64,000 nucleotides of DNA from an uncultured Chloroflexia bacterium (GTDB lineage Bacteria > Chloroflexota > Limnocylindria > Limnocylindrales > CSP1-4). The number at the start of each line of letters is the position of its first letter. Position 1 is the stretch's first letter. The notes beneath the pieces were generated by a model that saw nothing but the letters and a program-made list of their open reading frames with translations, was not told the origin of the DNA and made no database searches. The position numbers and the translations under genes were made by a program. The DNA lies in contig CAVXUF010000002.1 of NCBI GenBank assembly GCA_963764975.1, positions 467,809 through 531,808 of the forward strand, read 5' to 3'. Of the stretch, positions 39,765 to 50,074 are shown one piece after another.

Positions 39765-42700
39765 ATGCGCGAGGGAACGAACGTGCGAGCGGCCTCCGGC
39801 TGGCCAGATCCGGGGCGAGAGGCCCTGACAATCCTCCGGGACCAGCTGGCGCCATTCGCGGAGGAGCATCTCTCGAGAGCCTACCCAGACTCGTATCGTC
39901 GAATCCTCGGGCTGGAGCGGCGTCCGGGAGCAACCATTGGGCAGGGTGGCCGCAAGGCCGTCGACGACCCCGACGAGCTCCTTGGCATCTTGTTGAACCA
40001 GCAGTACTGGTCCCGAGCTTTTGAGCCTGCGTTCGGTGGCGATACGAATGCCGCCTACCGGGTCAAGAACCTGTGCCGCGACATCCGCGAACTCCGAGCC
40101 GCGTTCGCGATGCACCAGCGCGATTTCACCCCCGCCGATGCGTGGCGGCTCGTGGATTCGACGATGAGGCTTCTCACCCTGCTTGACCTCCTCGATCAGA
40201 AGACCAAGGACTCGTTGGAGGAGATCCGACGAGAACTTCTGACGGCCAGCGAGAGCCCGGACACGGTTCGGCTGCGCCAGAAGCACCTTGCGCACGTCGC
40301 ATCGCGATTTGAATACGTCGATGTGGGGGCTATTGCGCCTTCGGTAGGTGGCGCTGTTGTACGTCTCAGGCTGGATGAAATCTACCGCTCCCCGCGGTTC
40401 GAGGCCATCAGCGTATCGATGGCACCCGTAGAGAGCGATGACACGGTTGTGGCACAGCCAGCTGGCACCCGGCCCCCGGAGACCGTTGGGCCAGCGGAAA
40501 TCCTCGGCGAGCGGCGCTTGTTGATCGTCGCCGGACCCGGCGCCGGCAAGAGCACGTTCATGCGATCCGTCGCTCGGGACCTCGCCCTTGGCCGAGACGT
40601 GCCGGGGATCGCCGCTGCACTCACGCCGATCCTGGTGGCCGCCAGTGCACTTGGAGAGGCGTTGGCCAATGGATCCGCGTCGTCGCTCGAGGACTACATC
40701 GAGACCCAACTCGCAGGCGATGCGGGACCTGCCCTGGGATCCGACATCCGCGCTGGTCGAGCGATGGTTCTGGTGGACGGTGTCGACGAGGTCGGTGCCC
40801 AGGGGGCTCAAATCAGAGTGGCCCAAGCTCTCGAACACTTCGGGGCGGCGCACCCCAGCGTCCGCATGGTTGTGTCCGCACGACCCATGGGCTACCGCGA
40901 AGTACGCCTTGGCGCAGACTTCACCGCATATCGGCTTTCGCCGCTCGGCTCGGGCGAGATCGAGGCGTTCATCGGCGGCTGGTTCGGGGCCGCCTTCCCG
41001 CAAGACGAGGCGGAGGCCAATCGGCGACGCAGCCTCGGCGTGAACGCGCTGATTTCCTCCTCAGCCGAGTTGCGCGACCTCGCGGGCACCCCCCTGTTGC
41101 TCACCGTGATCTGCCTGCTCGCGATGCGGGGAGGCACACTTCCTGAGCGCCGGGTGGAGCTCTTCAGGGTGGCAACGAACACCCTCCTGCATCAATGGCC
41201 AAGGACCCACGGATTCAATCTCGACGATTACGAGTTGCGGCTGCTCATGGGCAGGGTCGCCGCGAGAATTCTCGAGCGCCGTGAGCGCCTACTCCGGGCA
41301 TCGGAGCTCGAGGGGTTGCTCGAGAACGCGCTTGAGGACTTGCGCGGACTCGCCCGGCCCCAGGCCAGACAAGCGGCAGCAAGCATGTTGCGAATGATCG
41401 AGCAGCAGACCGGCTTCCTTGTCGAGCAAGGCGTCGACGCGGGTGAGCCGGTCTACGGATTCATCCATCGGAACTTCGCCGAATACCTGGCGGCGATTGA
41501 CCTGTTCGAGCGGCACGCCGCAGGCACGATCACCCTCAGCGACATCGTCTTCGATCCCCGCTATGGGGAGGCGATCCCCCTCTTCTTCCTACACGTGAGC
41601 GAGACCGGACTGGAGCTGTCATCCAGGCTCGTCGATGAAGTGCTGTCGCTTGACTCCCCGTTTCGAATCTATGCGTGCTTGGGCGAGCGTCTTGTCGTAG
41701 ACCTGTTGACCCAGGGCGTGCGCGTCAAGCCGATGGTGCGTGAGCGTGCTGTTCTGCTGGCAATTGAGGCGGCGATCTCTGTGAAGTCGTCGTATGTCGC
41801 GGACATGCTGATGACGGGACTCCACCGGCTGGCCACCGAAGACCGGCTCGGCCCCCAAGGCGACCTCCTGATGGAACGTATCGACGCGGCCCCATTCTCG
41901 CGAGGGAGACGGGCGCGGGTCGTATGGAAACTGCGGCCCGAGCCGTACACGGGCCCCGACGTGAGGTGGCTTCTCGACGAGGCGCGCGCCATCGCGGATG
42001 TCGAACCTGGCGAGGCGAACATGCTCCTGAAGCTCGCCTCAGCGGCCACCGGGTCGGAGGCTGCGGAGGTCGACGCTGCCCTGGATCGCCCCGCGGGAAC
42101 GCGGGCGGTGCTTCTCGCTTTTGCAACCGGCCCCGCCGCCACCGACCGGATTCCCATTACCGAGTCCCAGGCAGTTGGACTCGCCGACGCGGGGTTACTG
42201 CGATTATCGGCCGGGGACCTCGTCGCTCATCACGGCGTCCCACCTGGTTTTGATGCGGGGCCGTTCCTTCTGGACGTCGCGGATGTCGACCTCATTGACG
42301 TCGAAGGACTCTTGACACTCAACCAAGAGGGGCTCCCAATGTGGGTAGTCCTCCTGATCTCCGGACTGCGGTCATGGAGTCCGGCCGAGTCAGATGAAGC
42401 CGCAGCACGCTTCGTTCAGCTTCCTGAGCCGGCCGAAGACGCAACCGGATTCGCGCCCACCGTGCTGCTCGCGATCGTGGCCGCCGGGCGCATCGCCCAA
42501 CTGAGCGAGGCGGCGGAGATGCCGGACTGGCTACGGCGGGCGATCGATGCGGAGAATGCGGACGACGGCCTCGACATCGCGCTGGCTTTCCACTTTGTCG
42601 CCACGGCCGTGTCCACGGTCACGTCATGGGGCACTCCCCTGTTGGTGGGACTCCTAACGCATCGCGAGGGCTCCATCCGGAGGGGCGTGTGCCGGCGCAT

Positions 42701-43511
42701 CGGAGAGCGACAAGCCGAGGAAGCGTGGGCTAGCGGTCAGCATTTCCAGCTCGACGAGGATGTCCTGGTCGCGCTGGAGCTGCTCCGGGACGACCCAGAT
42801 CCCGAGGTCAGGAGCGAGGCTTGGCGCACCGCAGCCGTTCTTGGCACGATCCCGACCAAACTCGTGTCCGCGCTCGGCACGGGAGGTGCGACCGTGGAGC
42901 CCAAGGAACCAGTCACACTGCCCGTCTTCGCGGCCCTTGTCTGGTCGCTCATGGCGTCGGCCGCGCATTCGAAGCACGTAGCCGATGGGCACCTACTCGC
43001 GGGGCAGCTCGGTCAGCTGCTCGACTGGCGCGTAAAACCAGTTCCGACGCCCGACGACCTGTGGCGCTTCTGGCCTGGGGCGATCGAACACCATCGACTG
43101 CCGACTGAGGTCCGGGATTCCGCATGGTCCCGAACCGACAGTGCTGATCCCGCGACCAGAGCTTGGGCAGCGGCGTCGTGGGCAACCTGCCTTCGCGGCT
43201 CCGACGGAAGAAACCAAGTCGAGATCCTTCTCAGTGACACTGACCCGTCTGTGAGCCTGGCGGGACTCGTAGGCATGCAGTCGCCCGACATCGGTGATGC
43301 CCTATGGATCCCAGCAGCTGTTGAGCCTCTGCTTCGGGCCGACATCGACATATGGGAGTTCATCATCGGGCCCGCCGGGATTGACATGTCTCCGGAGTAC
43401 CACCGTGAGCTCGGCCGAACGCTTTTGCGCGCATTGGACACTGCGGCAACGACCGAGAACAACTTCGATCTGCTTTGGTCATTTGCGATCGAGTCCTACT
43501 CCAGCCCTTAG
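39765..43511 (+). CDS. Swt1-like HEPN + NACHT NTPase + HEAT-like repeats (NLR-like defence protein)
   Basis: N-terminal LAPFAEEHL...DPDELL...IRELRAAFAMHQRDFT; GPGAGKST, LVDGVDEV, GTPLLLTVI, YGFIHRNFAEYLAA; LRDDPDPEVRSEA. Confidence 0.85.
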   Translation: MREGTNVRAASGWPDPGREALTILRDQLAPFAEEHLSRAYPDSYRRILGLERRPGATIGQGGRKAVDDPDELLGILLNQQYWSRAFEPAFGGDTNAAYRVKNLCRDIRELRAAFAMHQRDFTPADAWRLVDSTMRLLTLLDLLDQKTKDSLEEIRRELLTASESPDTVRLRQKHLAHVASRFEYVDVGAIAPSVGGAVVRLRLDEIYRSPRFEAISVSMAPVESDDTVVAQPAGTRPPETVGPAEILGERRLLIVAGPGAGKSTFMRSVARDLALGRDVPGIAAALTPILVAASALGEALANGSASSLEDYIETQLAGDAGPALGSDIRAGRAMVLVDGVDEVGAQGAQIRVAQALEHFGAAHPSVRMVVSARPMGYREVRLGADFTAYRLSPLGSGEIEAFIGGWFGAAFPQDEAEANRRRSLGVNALISSSAELRDLAGTPLLLTVICLLAMRGGTLPERRVELFRVATNTLLHQWPRTHGFNLDDYELRLLMGRVAARILERRERLLRASELEGLLENALEDLRGLARPQARQAAASMLRMIEQQTGFLVEQGVDAGEPVYGFIHRNFAEYLAAIDLFERHAAGTITLSDIVFDPRYGEAIPLFFLHVSETGLELSSRLVDEVLSLDSPFRIYACLGERLVVDLLTQGVRVKPMVRERAVLLAIEAAISVKSSYVADMLMTGLHRLATEDRLGPQGDLLMERIDAAPFSRGRRARVVWKLRPEPYTGPDVRWLLDEARAIADVEPGEANMLLKLASAATGSEAAEVDAALDRPAGTRAVLLAFATGPAATDRIPITESQAVGLADAGLLRLSAGDLVAHHGVPPGFDAGPFLLDVADVDLIDVEGLLTLNQEGLPMWVVLLISGLRSWSPAESDEAAARFVQLPEPAEDATGFAPTVLLAIVAAGRIAQLSEAAEMPDWLRRAIDAENADDGLDIALAFHFVATAVSTVTSWGTPLLVGLLTHREGSIRRGVCRRIGERQAEEAWASGQHFQLDEDVLVALELLRDDPDPEVRSEAWRTAAVLGTIPTKLVSALGTGGATVEPKEPVTLPVFAALVWSLMASAAHSKHVADGHLLAGQLGQLLDWRVKPVPTPDDLWRFWPGAIEHHRLPTEVRDSAWSRTDSADPATRAWAAASWATCLRGSDGRNQVEILLSDTDPSVSLAGLVGMQSPDIGDALWIPAAVEPLLRADIDIWEFIIGPAGIDMSPEYHRELGRTLLRALDTAATTENNFDLLWSFAIESYSSP

Positions 43512-43600
43512 GTCCTGCGCGGCCCGAGGATGGTCGTTCCCGGATTGGGAGTCGCATCGTGGCGGCGCCCATCTCGGCGGGCGCGCGGAGTTGCCGGGGA

Positions 43601-44908
43601 CTAGCCGAGAATCTCGCCGTCGGCCCTGCCGAAGCTCACCCGCGTCCCGGCCGCCAGCTGGAGGGCCTTACCCGGCTCGACCTCCCGTTGGACCCCGGCA
43701 GTTGAACTCGTCCATGCCTGCTGGGTGAGGTTCCGTAGGCCCCACCTAGAGGGGTCCGACGGGTGGCGGGTGACCTCCGCGACCGGGTTGCGGTAGTCGA
43801 GCCCCGCGGTCTCGTCCAAGTGGTGCGCGTAGAGCTGTGCATCGTGGTTGAGGACGACCAGAGACTTCCCGACCCGGATCCGCATGGGGAGCACTAGCGG
43901 CCGCGCACACTTCCAGCATGACCCCGGCGAGCCGTCCTGCCGGCTCGGGTCGTAGAAGTTCTCGGCGCCGCACGAGCAATAGACGATCGAATCACGGAGT
44001 CGCGCCATCGCCGCGCGCCAAACCGACTCGCGGACCCTGCCGTGGGCGAAGTCCCTCAGCCCGACGGTGAAGGACTGCGTGAACAGGTCGCGCAGGAATG
44101 CCGGGTAGATCGGCCAGAAGGCGATCGCGTTGTCCTGGTACCCGGCCACCGGCTCGTTCGAGGCGTCCTGCGGGTCGAAGATGAACAGCGGGTCCGTGCC
44201 GTACAGGCGAGTCATGGCGGGGAGGTCGAAACAGTGGATGCTCGCCTCCCGGCGGCCCTCAAGCGGGTGGTGGTTGACCAGGAGCAGGAACAGCAGAACA
44301 GCGAGTGAGAATAGGTCCGTCTGGGTCGACGGCAGGGCTTCGCCGCGCACAACCTCGGGGGCCATGAAGCGCGGCGTGCCCAGGACGCCGCCCTTGGCTT
44401 GGTCCAGGCCGACATTGTCGTTGTCGCAGATGAGGACGTCGCCCGTGGCCGGGTCAAAGAAGACGTTCCCATGGGAAATGTCGCGGTAGCAGAGCCCGCG
44501 CGCATGCAGCTGGTAGAAACCGTCGGCGAGAAAGGCTCCAGCCGTGGCGAGGCTGCGGAATGATGGCGACACGCGTCGACTCAGCAGGTCGGGAATGCCC
44601 TTGTAATTGGGCGGGCGAAGGGCCATCAGGTACCCGAAACTCGGGTTCCCCGGAATGGTGGCGAGAGCCACGGGCCACAGGAAGCGCTCGGCTGGGGAGC
44701 CGGCATCAACGAGTGTCTTCAATGCGGCTCGCTGGTCAGCCGTCGCCGTCTGGGCGTAGTACCACTTTAGGGCGAACTTGGATCCACCCAGAGATACCTC
44801 ATAGACCTCCCCCTGGCCTCCGGCGCCCAAAAGGCGCTCCACGCGTCCGGCAGGTCCACCCGGAGAAGCCCGGAACTCCTCGCCCTTGCCGAGAACGCTC
44901 GAAGCCAT
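43601..44908 (-). CDS. Ser/Thr protein kinase of TerY-P triad, with Zn-ribbon and FHA-like C-terminus
   Basis: LGAGGQGEVY, ALKWY, YRDISHGN, ICDNDN, GTPRFMAPE, DLFSLAV. Confidence 0.92.
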   Translation of the reverse strand: MASSVLGKGEEFRASPGGPAGRVERLLGAGGQGEVYEVSLGGSKFALKWYYAQTATADQRAALKTLVDAGSPAERFLWPVALATIPGNPSFGYLMALRPPNYKGIPDLLSRRVSPSFRSLATAGAFLADGFYQLHARGLCYRDISHGNVFFDPATGDVLICDNDNVGLDQAKGGVLGTPRFMAPEVVRGEALPSTQTDLFSLAVLLFLLLVNHHPLEGRREASIHCFDLPAMTRLYGTDPLFIFDPQDASNEPVAGYQDNAIAFWPIYPAFLRDLFTQSFTVGLRDFAHGRVRESVWRAAMARLRDSIVYCSCGAENFYDPSRQDGSPGSCWKCARPLVLPMRIRVGKSLVVLNHDAQLYAHHLDETAGLDYRNPVAEVTRHPSDPSRWGLRNLTQQAWTSSTAGVQREVEPGKALQLAAGTRVSFGRADGEILG

Positions 44909-44980
44909 TACATCCTCCCTCGGGCGCCTGCCACGTGCGCCGGAACGGCCAACGCGGAAGGATCTACCACGACCCAATCG

Positions 44981-45898
44981 TCACAGCGATCGAGCCTCCG
45001 CCTCCTCGGCGGATTGTCGAGTCACCGGCGGCGCGGGGGACCACAATAGTCCCAACGAAATGTCATCACCGCTTCCTGAAGCGGTGAGTTCCTCGAGCCA
45101 GCCGGGCACGCGCGAAACAACTTCGTCGAAACCGTCCTGCTGGATCAGGCTGGCGATGTCGGTTGCGAACCGAAGCATGCCTGTGTCGTCGACAAATGAG
45201 TTGACGAGTCCATCGGTTGACAGGAGGACGAGGGGCATGTGCTCGCGAAGGAGAGCCACCCGGAACAGACTCCAAGCGTCTTTCGAGCAGAGCGATGTGG
45301 TCTCGTTTGCGATGAGTCGGTCATCAGAAGGGATCGGTCTCGAGACCTTCCCGTCTGCTGAGACGCTTACAAGGTCCCCGTCGCCGACCTGCCAGGAGGC
45401 AAGAAACTCGGTTGTCGCGACTGCTGTCACAAGGGTCGTGCCATAGGCCACGTATGGATCGAGGTTTAGCGCATCAACGCTCCCTTCGCGGGTGCGCACT
45501 CCATCAAGCTCGACATCTGTGAATGGATTCGCCGCCAGATCGTCGTCTACCGCCTTTCGCCAGTCGCGGACCAACCGCCTTGGCAGGTCTTCGGTCAACC
45601 TTCCCCGGAGCATCCCTGGGCTGGCCGCCGCGATATCAATCTCGAGCAACTCGCCCGCCAGTGACATTGCGACCTGGTTGGCGAGGCGGGAGCCGTCTGC
45701 GCTACGGAATGACCGGGCGCTGCCGTGGCCGTCCGCCACGGAGAGCGCTACTGAGGAGCCATGCCCCACGCTAGGTAGCCATGCGATGGCATCCTGGTTC
45801 GGCATCCCACTCCGAATGTGAGATGCGCCCCTTACTGAAGCGCCCGATACACGCCAGCCACCACTATTCGGAGCTGCCCTCTCCGTCGGGCTGGCCAT
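44981..45898 (-). CDS. PP2C-family phosphatase of TerY-P triad
   Basis: GASVRGASH...PNQDA, VADGHGS, YGTTL, QVGDGD, ETTSLC, LSTDG, SGDDISL. Confidence 0.92.
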   Translation of the reverse strand: MASPTERAAPNSGGWRVSGASVRGASHIRSGMPNQDAIAWLPSVGHGSSVALSVADGHGSARSFRSADGSRLANQVAMSLAGELLEIDIAAASPGMLRGRLTEDLPRRLVRDWRKAVDDDLAANPFTDVELDGVRTREGSVDALNLDPYVAYGTTLVTAVATTEFLASWQVGDGDLVSVSADGKVSRPIPSDDRLIANETTSLCSKDAWSLFRVALLREHMPLVLLSTDGLVNSFVDDTGMLRFATDIASLIQQDGFDEVVSRVPGWLEELTASGSGDDISLGLLWSPAPPVTRQSAEEAEARSL

Positions 45899-45902
45899 CC
45901 GA

Positions 45903-46598
45903 TTACCAGACGAAGTCGACGTCTGTGGAGTCATCCGGGGCGACGGGTATTGGGACGTTGCCGCCAACTTGCGCGTCGTCTACGGCGCGGCTGGCAGGCG
46001 AGGATGCCGCCTTGAGCACGGCCGTCGAAGCCCACTTGATGTAAGTCACGAGGGCGGGCGCGTTCTTCGCCAGAAGGGGCTTCAGTTCCCCCGTGCCGAT
46101 GAACTTCGACAAGACGTCCAGATCAGCATCGCCCCCAACGGCGATCCCGATTCGAACGGCTCGCTTGCCCCAAGGCTCAGACATGAGCCGCTGGAGTCCC
46201 CCGCCGAAGTCGTCGGTCGGCTGCCCGTCGCTGATCAGCACGAGGACCGGCGGGAGAGATCTGTCGGGCATCGGTGGGGTCTGGAGTTGCTCAGCAACGA
46301 GTTCCATGGCGTGACCCATGTCCGTGACTCCCCCCGCAGTCACGTTGGTCCACTTGAAGTCCTCGATCGAAATGGGCGTTGCGACATGCCACCTCGCGCC
46401 ATCCGAGAAGGTCACGACCCGCACCAGGACCTCCGCATTGGGGTTCTCCCGGGCTGTGTCCAGCATCGCCGGGATCGCCTCGTGGATCGCGAAGTTGAGC
46501 ATGCCGATCTTCTCGCCATCCATGGAACCTGATGTGTCGAGAATCCAGATGAAGTGCAAGGGCCGAGTTGCAATCGGCCCTCCGGGCAAAGCGCTCAT
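45903..46598 (-). CDS. terY: TerY-like vWA domain protein
   Basis: ILDTSGSM MIDAS motif, GGVTDMG, LISDGQPTD; start at 46598 lies 7 nt after TAGGAT. Confidence 0.88.
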   Translation of the reverse strand: MSALPGGPIATRPLHFIWILDTSGSMDGEKIGMLNFAIHEAIPAMLDTARENPNAEVLVRVVTFSDGARWHVATPISIEDFKWTNVTAGGVTDMGHAMELVAEQLQTPPMPDRSLPPVLVLISDGQPTDDFGGGLQRLMSEPWGKRAVRIGIAVGGDADLDVLSKFIGTGELKPLLAKNAPALVTYIKWASTAVLKAASSPASRAVDDAQVGGNVPIPVAPDDSTDVDFVW

Positions 46599-46744
46599 GA
46601 CGCGCATCCTACAGCGTGCTCACCTGTGAAGTTACACGAATCTCTTATCGCGGCCGCCATTTCTCTGTCTCGGTGGAGTAATGTCGAAGCAACCGTCGGA
46701 CGCTCGTCGCCGACCGTGCGCAGTGAGGGGAAATTGGTGGCTGC

Positions 46745-49318
46745 GTGAACGACTCCGTCTCGGCGGTCTTGACCGCGATCCTCGATAGGTACGGCAGGGA
46801 GGTCTCATTCGACCCGCCTCGGGTAGAAGGCCTCCTGCGGGACTTGGCCGGCCAGCACAAGCGCGAGATCGCCGTCCTAGTCGTGGCGTGTCGGGCTGGC
46901 GTCCCCGGGGCACTGATTGGTGCGGCAAGTTCCGAGGAAGCCGACCTGCTCGCAAACCGCCTCGCAGCCCAGCTCGAACGAGACCTTGGATTGGCGCAGG
47001 GTCCATCGGCCTGGGCCGTAACAACATGGGCGGCGGCCCTCGGCGTTGAGGTTGGGCCATCTCTCAAGGCGGCCGCGATAGATCCGTCGACACCGGTGCC
47101 TGCGGTTGACCCCACAGTGGGCTCCACCCCTGCATCCCCCTCCCCCGTGAACTGGACGAACGTACCGCCGCCTGTGCCCGTGCTACTGCCCGACTGGCGA
47201 GCGGCCCTCGCCGCAATCGCCATTCGCTGGCGAACGGCCCTCGACGCAATCGCCGTTCGTTGGCCAGCTTGGAAGGCGAACGCTCGCGTAGCGGCGGGCA
47301 ACGTCCCACGCCGAGGGTGGGCGATCGGCGGTGGGGCGCTCGCTCTTGTCATCGTGGTGCTTGCCCTGTCGAGACCGTCGCCGCCGTCGAGTTCAGCGGC
47401 CAATCTAGCGGTCAGCCCAACCGCTCGACCAACTCCGACGAGCACCATCGTGCCGCCAACGCCGTCCAATGAGCCGTCGTTGACGACCGCCCCAACCGAC
47501 ACGGCCACCGGCTCGACCCCCGCTCCGACGCCGACGCCGTCCGCGGCGGCCTTTTCCGCGTGCCCGACGCCCGGCGCGCCGGGCAAGGCGTTCTCGGTCA
47601 CGACAGGGCTGGCGTACTCGGGCACCTCGGGGATGGGGGCTGTCGAAGTCGTGGTCCTCGGCCCGGGCGGGTCCCGGACTGGCGTGTACACGGAGGTCCA
47701 CAAGGCGAAGGCCGACGTGCTTGGCAAGCCGATCGTCGGCGACCGGGTGGCCAATGCGAACTCCGACTCTAGCGGCGCTGCCCTGATGGAGGTCAAGCCC
47801 GGCACGTACTCAGTGACCACGGACCTGCCTGGCTACAACTGGGGAGACCTGCAGGACGGCAAGGGGCAGAGCGGGATCACCGTCAGGTCCGGACGCAGGA
47901 CCCGCGTGACCATCAGCCTGGGTTCGATCACCTTCGTCCCGACGAAGGTCGACGGCGTCATCACAGGCAAATACGCCGAGATCCACCTGCAGAAGACCGA
48001 CAGCCAGGGCGGCGTCGTCACCGGCGATCGCGTGGGGGACGGCAACACCGACAACACGGGCGCGTTGACGATCCTCGTGACGCCCGGCTCCTACGTCCTC
48101 ACCTCGGACTTCGACGGCCACAACTGGGGCGACCTGTCCGACGGCAAGGGCTGCTCGGGCGTCAGCGTGGGCCCGAGGGACGATACCAAGGTCGAGCTCC
48201 CGCTCGGCCGCCTCCGGGTCGCGATTCCCGCGGGCAAGTACGCCGAGGTACACCTCGGCACAGCGGCGGCGCCGGGTGACCGCGTCGCGTCCGGGAACGC
48301 CGACAACACCGGCTACTGGGCCACCGACCTCGTTCCCGGCGCGTACGTCCTCGTCGTCGACGACCACGCCAGCGAGGTGACCGTCGAGGCCGGCCAGGTC
48401 ACCGACACGGCCACCGGCTCGACCCCCGCTCCGACGCCGACGCCGTCCGCGGCGGCCTTTTCCGCGTGCCCGACGCCCGGCGCGCCGGGCAAGGCGTTCT
48501 CGGTCACGACAGGGCTGGCGTACTCGGGCACCTCGGGGATGGGGGCTGTCGAAGTCGTGGTCCTCGGCCCGGGCGGGTCCCGGACTGGCGTGTACACGGA
48601 GGTCCACAAGGCGAAGGCCGACGTGCTTGGCAAGCCGATCGTCGGCGACCGGGTGGCCAATGCGAACTCCGACTCTAGCGGCGCTGCCCTGATGGAGGTC
48701 AAGCCCGGCACGTACTCAGTGACCACGGACCTGCCTGGCTACAACTGGGGAGACCTGCAGGACGGCAAGGGGCAGAGCGGGATCACCGTCAGGTCCGGAC
48801 GCAGGACCCGCGTGACCATCAGCCTGGGTTCGATCACCTTCGTCCCGACGAAGGTCGACGGCGTCATCACAGGCAAATACGCCGAGATCCACCTGCAGAA
48901 GACCGACAGCCAGGGCGGCGTCGTCACCGGCGATCGCGTGGGGGACGGCAACACCGACAACACGGGCGCGTTGACGATCCTTGTGACGCCCGGCTCCTAC
49001 GTCCTCACCTCGGACTTCGACGGCCACAACTGGGGCGACCTGTCCGACGGCAAGGGCTGCTCGGGCGTCAGCGTGGGCCCGAGGGACGATACCAAGGTCG
49101 AGCTCCCGCTCGGCCGCCTCCGGGTCGCGATTCCCGCGGGCAAGTACGCCGAGGTACACCTCGGCACAGCGGCGGCGCCGGGTGACCGCGTCGCGTCCGG
49201 GAACGCCGACAACACCGGCTACTGGGCCACCGACCTCGTTCCCGGCGCGTACGTCCTCGTCGTCGACGACCACGCCAGCGAGGTGACCGTCGAGGCCGGC
49301 CAGGTCACCGACAGCTAG
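46745..49318 (+). CDS. shared N-terminal domain protein 1: TM helix plus 2x3 Ig/beta-sandwich-like extracellular repeats
   Basis: ~100-aa N-domain also in three other genes; WAIGGGALALVIVVLAL TM; Pro/Thr linker; repeated Y.E.H...GDRV..GN.D..G units. Confidence 0.8.
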   Translation: MNDSVSAVLTAILDRYGREVSFDPPRVEGLLRDLAGQHKREIAVLVVACRAGVPGALIGAASSEEADLLANRLAAQLERDLGLAQGPSAWAVTTWAAALGVEVGPSLKAAAIDPSTPVPAVDPTVGSTPASPSPVNWTNVPPPVPVLLPDWRAALAAIAIRWRTALDAIAVRWPAWKANARVAAGNVPRRGWAIGGGALALVIVVLALSRPSPPSSSAANLAVSPTARPTPTSTIVPPTPSNEPSLTTAPTDTATGSTPAPTPTPSAAAFSACPTPGAPGKAFSVTTGLAYSGTSGMGAVEVVVLGPGGSRTGVYTEVHKAKADVLGKPIVGDRVANANSDSSGAALMEVKPGTYSVTTDLPGYNWGDLQDGKGQSGITVRSGRRTRVTISLGSITFVPTKVDGVITGKYAEIHLQKTDSQGGVVTGDRVGDGNTDNTGALTILVTPGSYVLTSDFDGHNWGDLSDGKGCSGVSVGPRDDTKVELPLGRLRVAIPAGKYAEVHLGTAAAPGDRVASGNADNTGYWATDLVPGAYVLVVDDHASEVTVEAGQVTDTATGSTPAPTPTPSAAAFSACPTPGAPGKAFSVTTGLAYSGTSGMGAVEVVVLGPGGSRTGVYTEVHKAKADVLGKPIVGDRVANANSDSSGAALMEVKPGTYSVTTDLPGYNWGDLQDGKGQSGITVRSGRRTRVTISLGSITFVPTKVDGVITGKYAEIHLQKTDSQGGVVTGDRVGDGNTDNTGALTILVTPGSYVLTSDFDGHNWGDLSDGKGCSGVSVGPRDDTKVELPLGRLRVAIPAGKYAEVHLGTAAAPGDRVASGNADNTGYWATDLVPGAYVLVVDDHASEVTVEAGQVTDS
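47495..49306 (+). repeat. 906-bp in-frame tandem duplication (2 copies)
   Basis: 47495-48400 equals 48401-49306 except a synonymous C/T at 48076/48982; ACCGACA microhomology at all three junctions. Confidence 0.92.
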
Positions 49319-49394
49319 ACAGGTCGGCGACATCCGTCGAGGCCAGGCGACGTCAAAGACACCAGACGCCTCCGATGTCGCATCCTCGGGGACC

Positions 49395-49862
49395 TCAGGG
49401 CGGCAGCCCGATCTTACGGCGCACACGCGCCTCGATCGTCAGTCGTGCCTTCTGGACCTCGTCGGCCGCGTGCTGCAGGTCTGCAATCGCCGAGTTGATT
49501 TCGCCCACAACGGCATTCATCCCCGCGCCGTTCTGCCGACGGGTCCTCGATCTGGGCGACGCCGGCAGAGGCACTCCGAGGCTACCGAGGAGCGCCACGG
49601 AATCGCGCTCGATCTGGTCCAGTTCGCCGAGCAGTCTGGCGACGTCGGCGTCAGTGCGACGCTGCTTGTCCTGGCTGGCTTGCATGGCGGCCCGACTCCG
49701 GGCCTCTGTTGCGTCGCACCGTGAGACGTGCTCATTCTGTGAGGCAGCCTCGGAGCGACCCAGGTCCGCCTCAATTCGTGCCAGCTCCGTCAAGGTCCTC
49801 GCGACAGCGGCACGACCTGAGTAACCCGGGTCACCCGGACGGAGTTTCGGAGCGACCATCAA
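49395..49862 (-). CDS. coiled-coil hypothetical protein, last gene of the FtsK/WXG100 operon
   Basis: Overlaps the upstream gene's stop; helical heptad pattern. Confidence 0.65.
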   Translation of the reverse strand: MMVAPKLRPGDPGYSGRAAVARTLTELARIEADLGRSEAASQNEHVSRCDATEARSRAAMQASQDKQRRTDADVARLLGELDQIERDSVALLGSLGVPLPASPRSRTRRQNGAGMNAVVGEINSAIADLQHAADEVQKARLTIEARVRRKIGLPP

Positions 49863-50074
49863 GGGACCGAGCTGCGGATGCTCTCCAGCACGGCGTCGAG
49901 TTCCCGCATCTGATCGAGGAACGCGGACGCCGCGCGAGTGAGCGGACCCCAGTAGTCGCCTTCGAATTCACTTCGGACCCTGTCGCTCCAGACCTCACCG
50001 GTGAGAGCCCACTCAGCATTCAGCCATTGGCAGGCCTGCTCGAACTCGGCTACAAATGTCGACCCCGCCATCAC
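49859..50074 (-). CDS. WXG100-like small helical protein
   Basis: 71 aa; central GEVWSDRVRSEFE. Confidence 0.6.
   Translation of the reverse strand: MMAGSTFVAEFEQACQWLNAEWALTGEVWSDRVRSEFEGDYWGPLTRAASAFLDQMRELDAVLESIRSSVP

Noticed and set aside
39693-41003. Long antisense or alternative-frame ORFs (also 884-1942, 3626-4876, 11792-13231, 22264-23391, 46645-47820)
   Set aside because: Shadow ORFs expected in high-GC DNA, overlapping well-supported genes and lacking motifs
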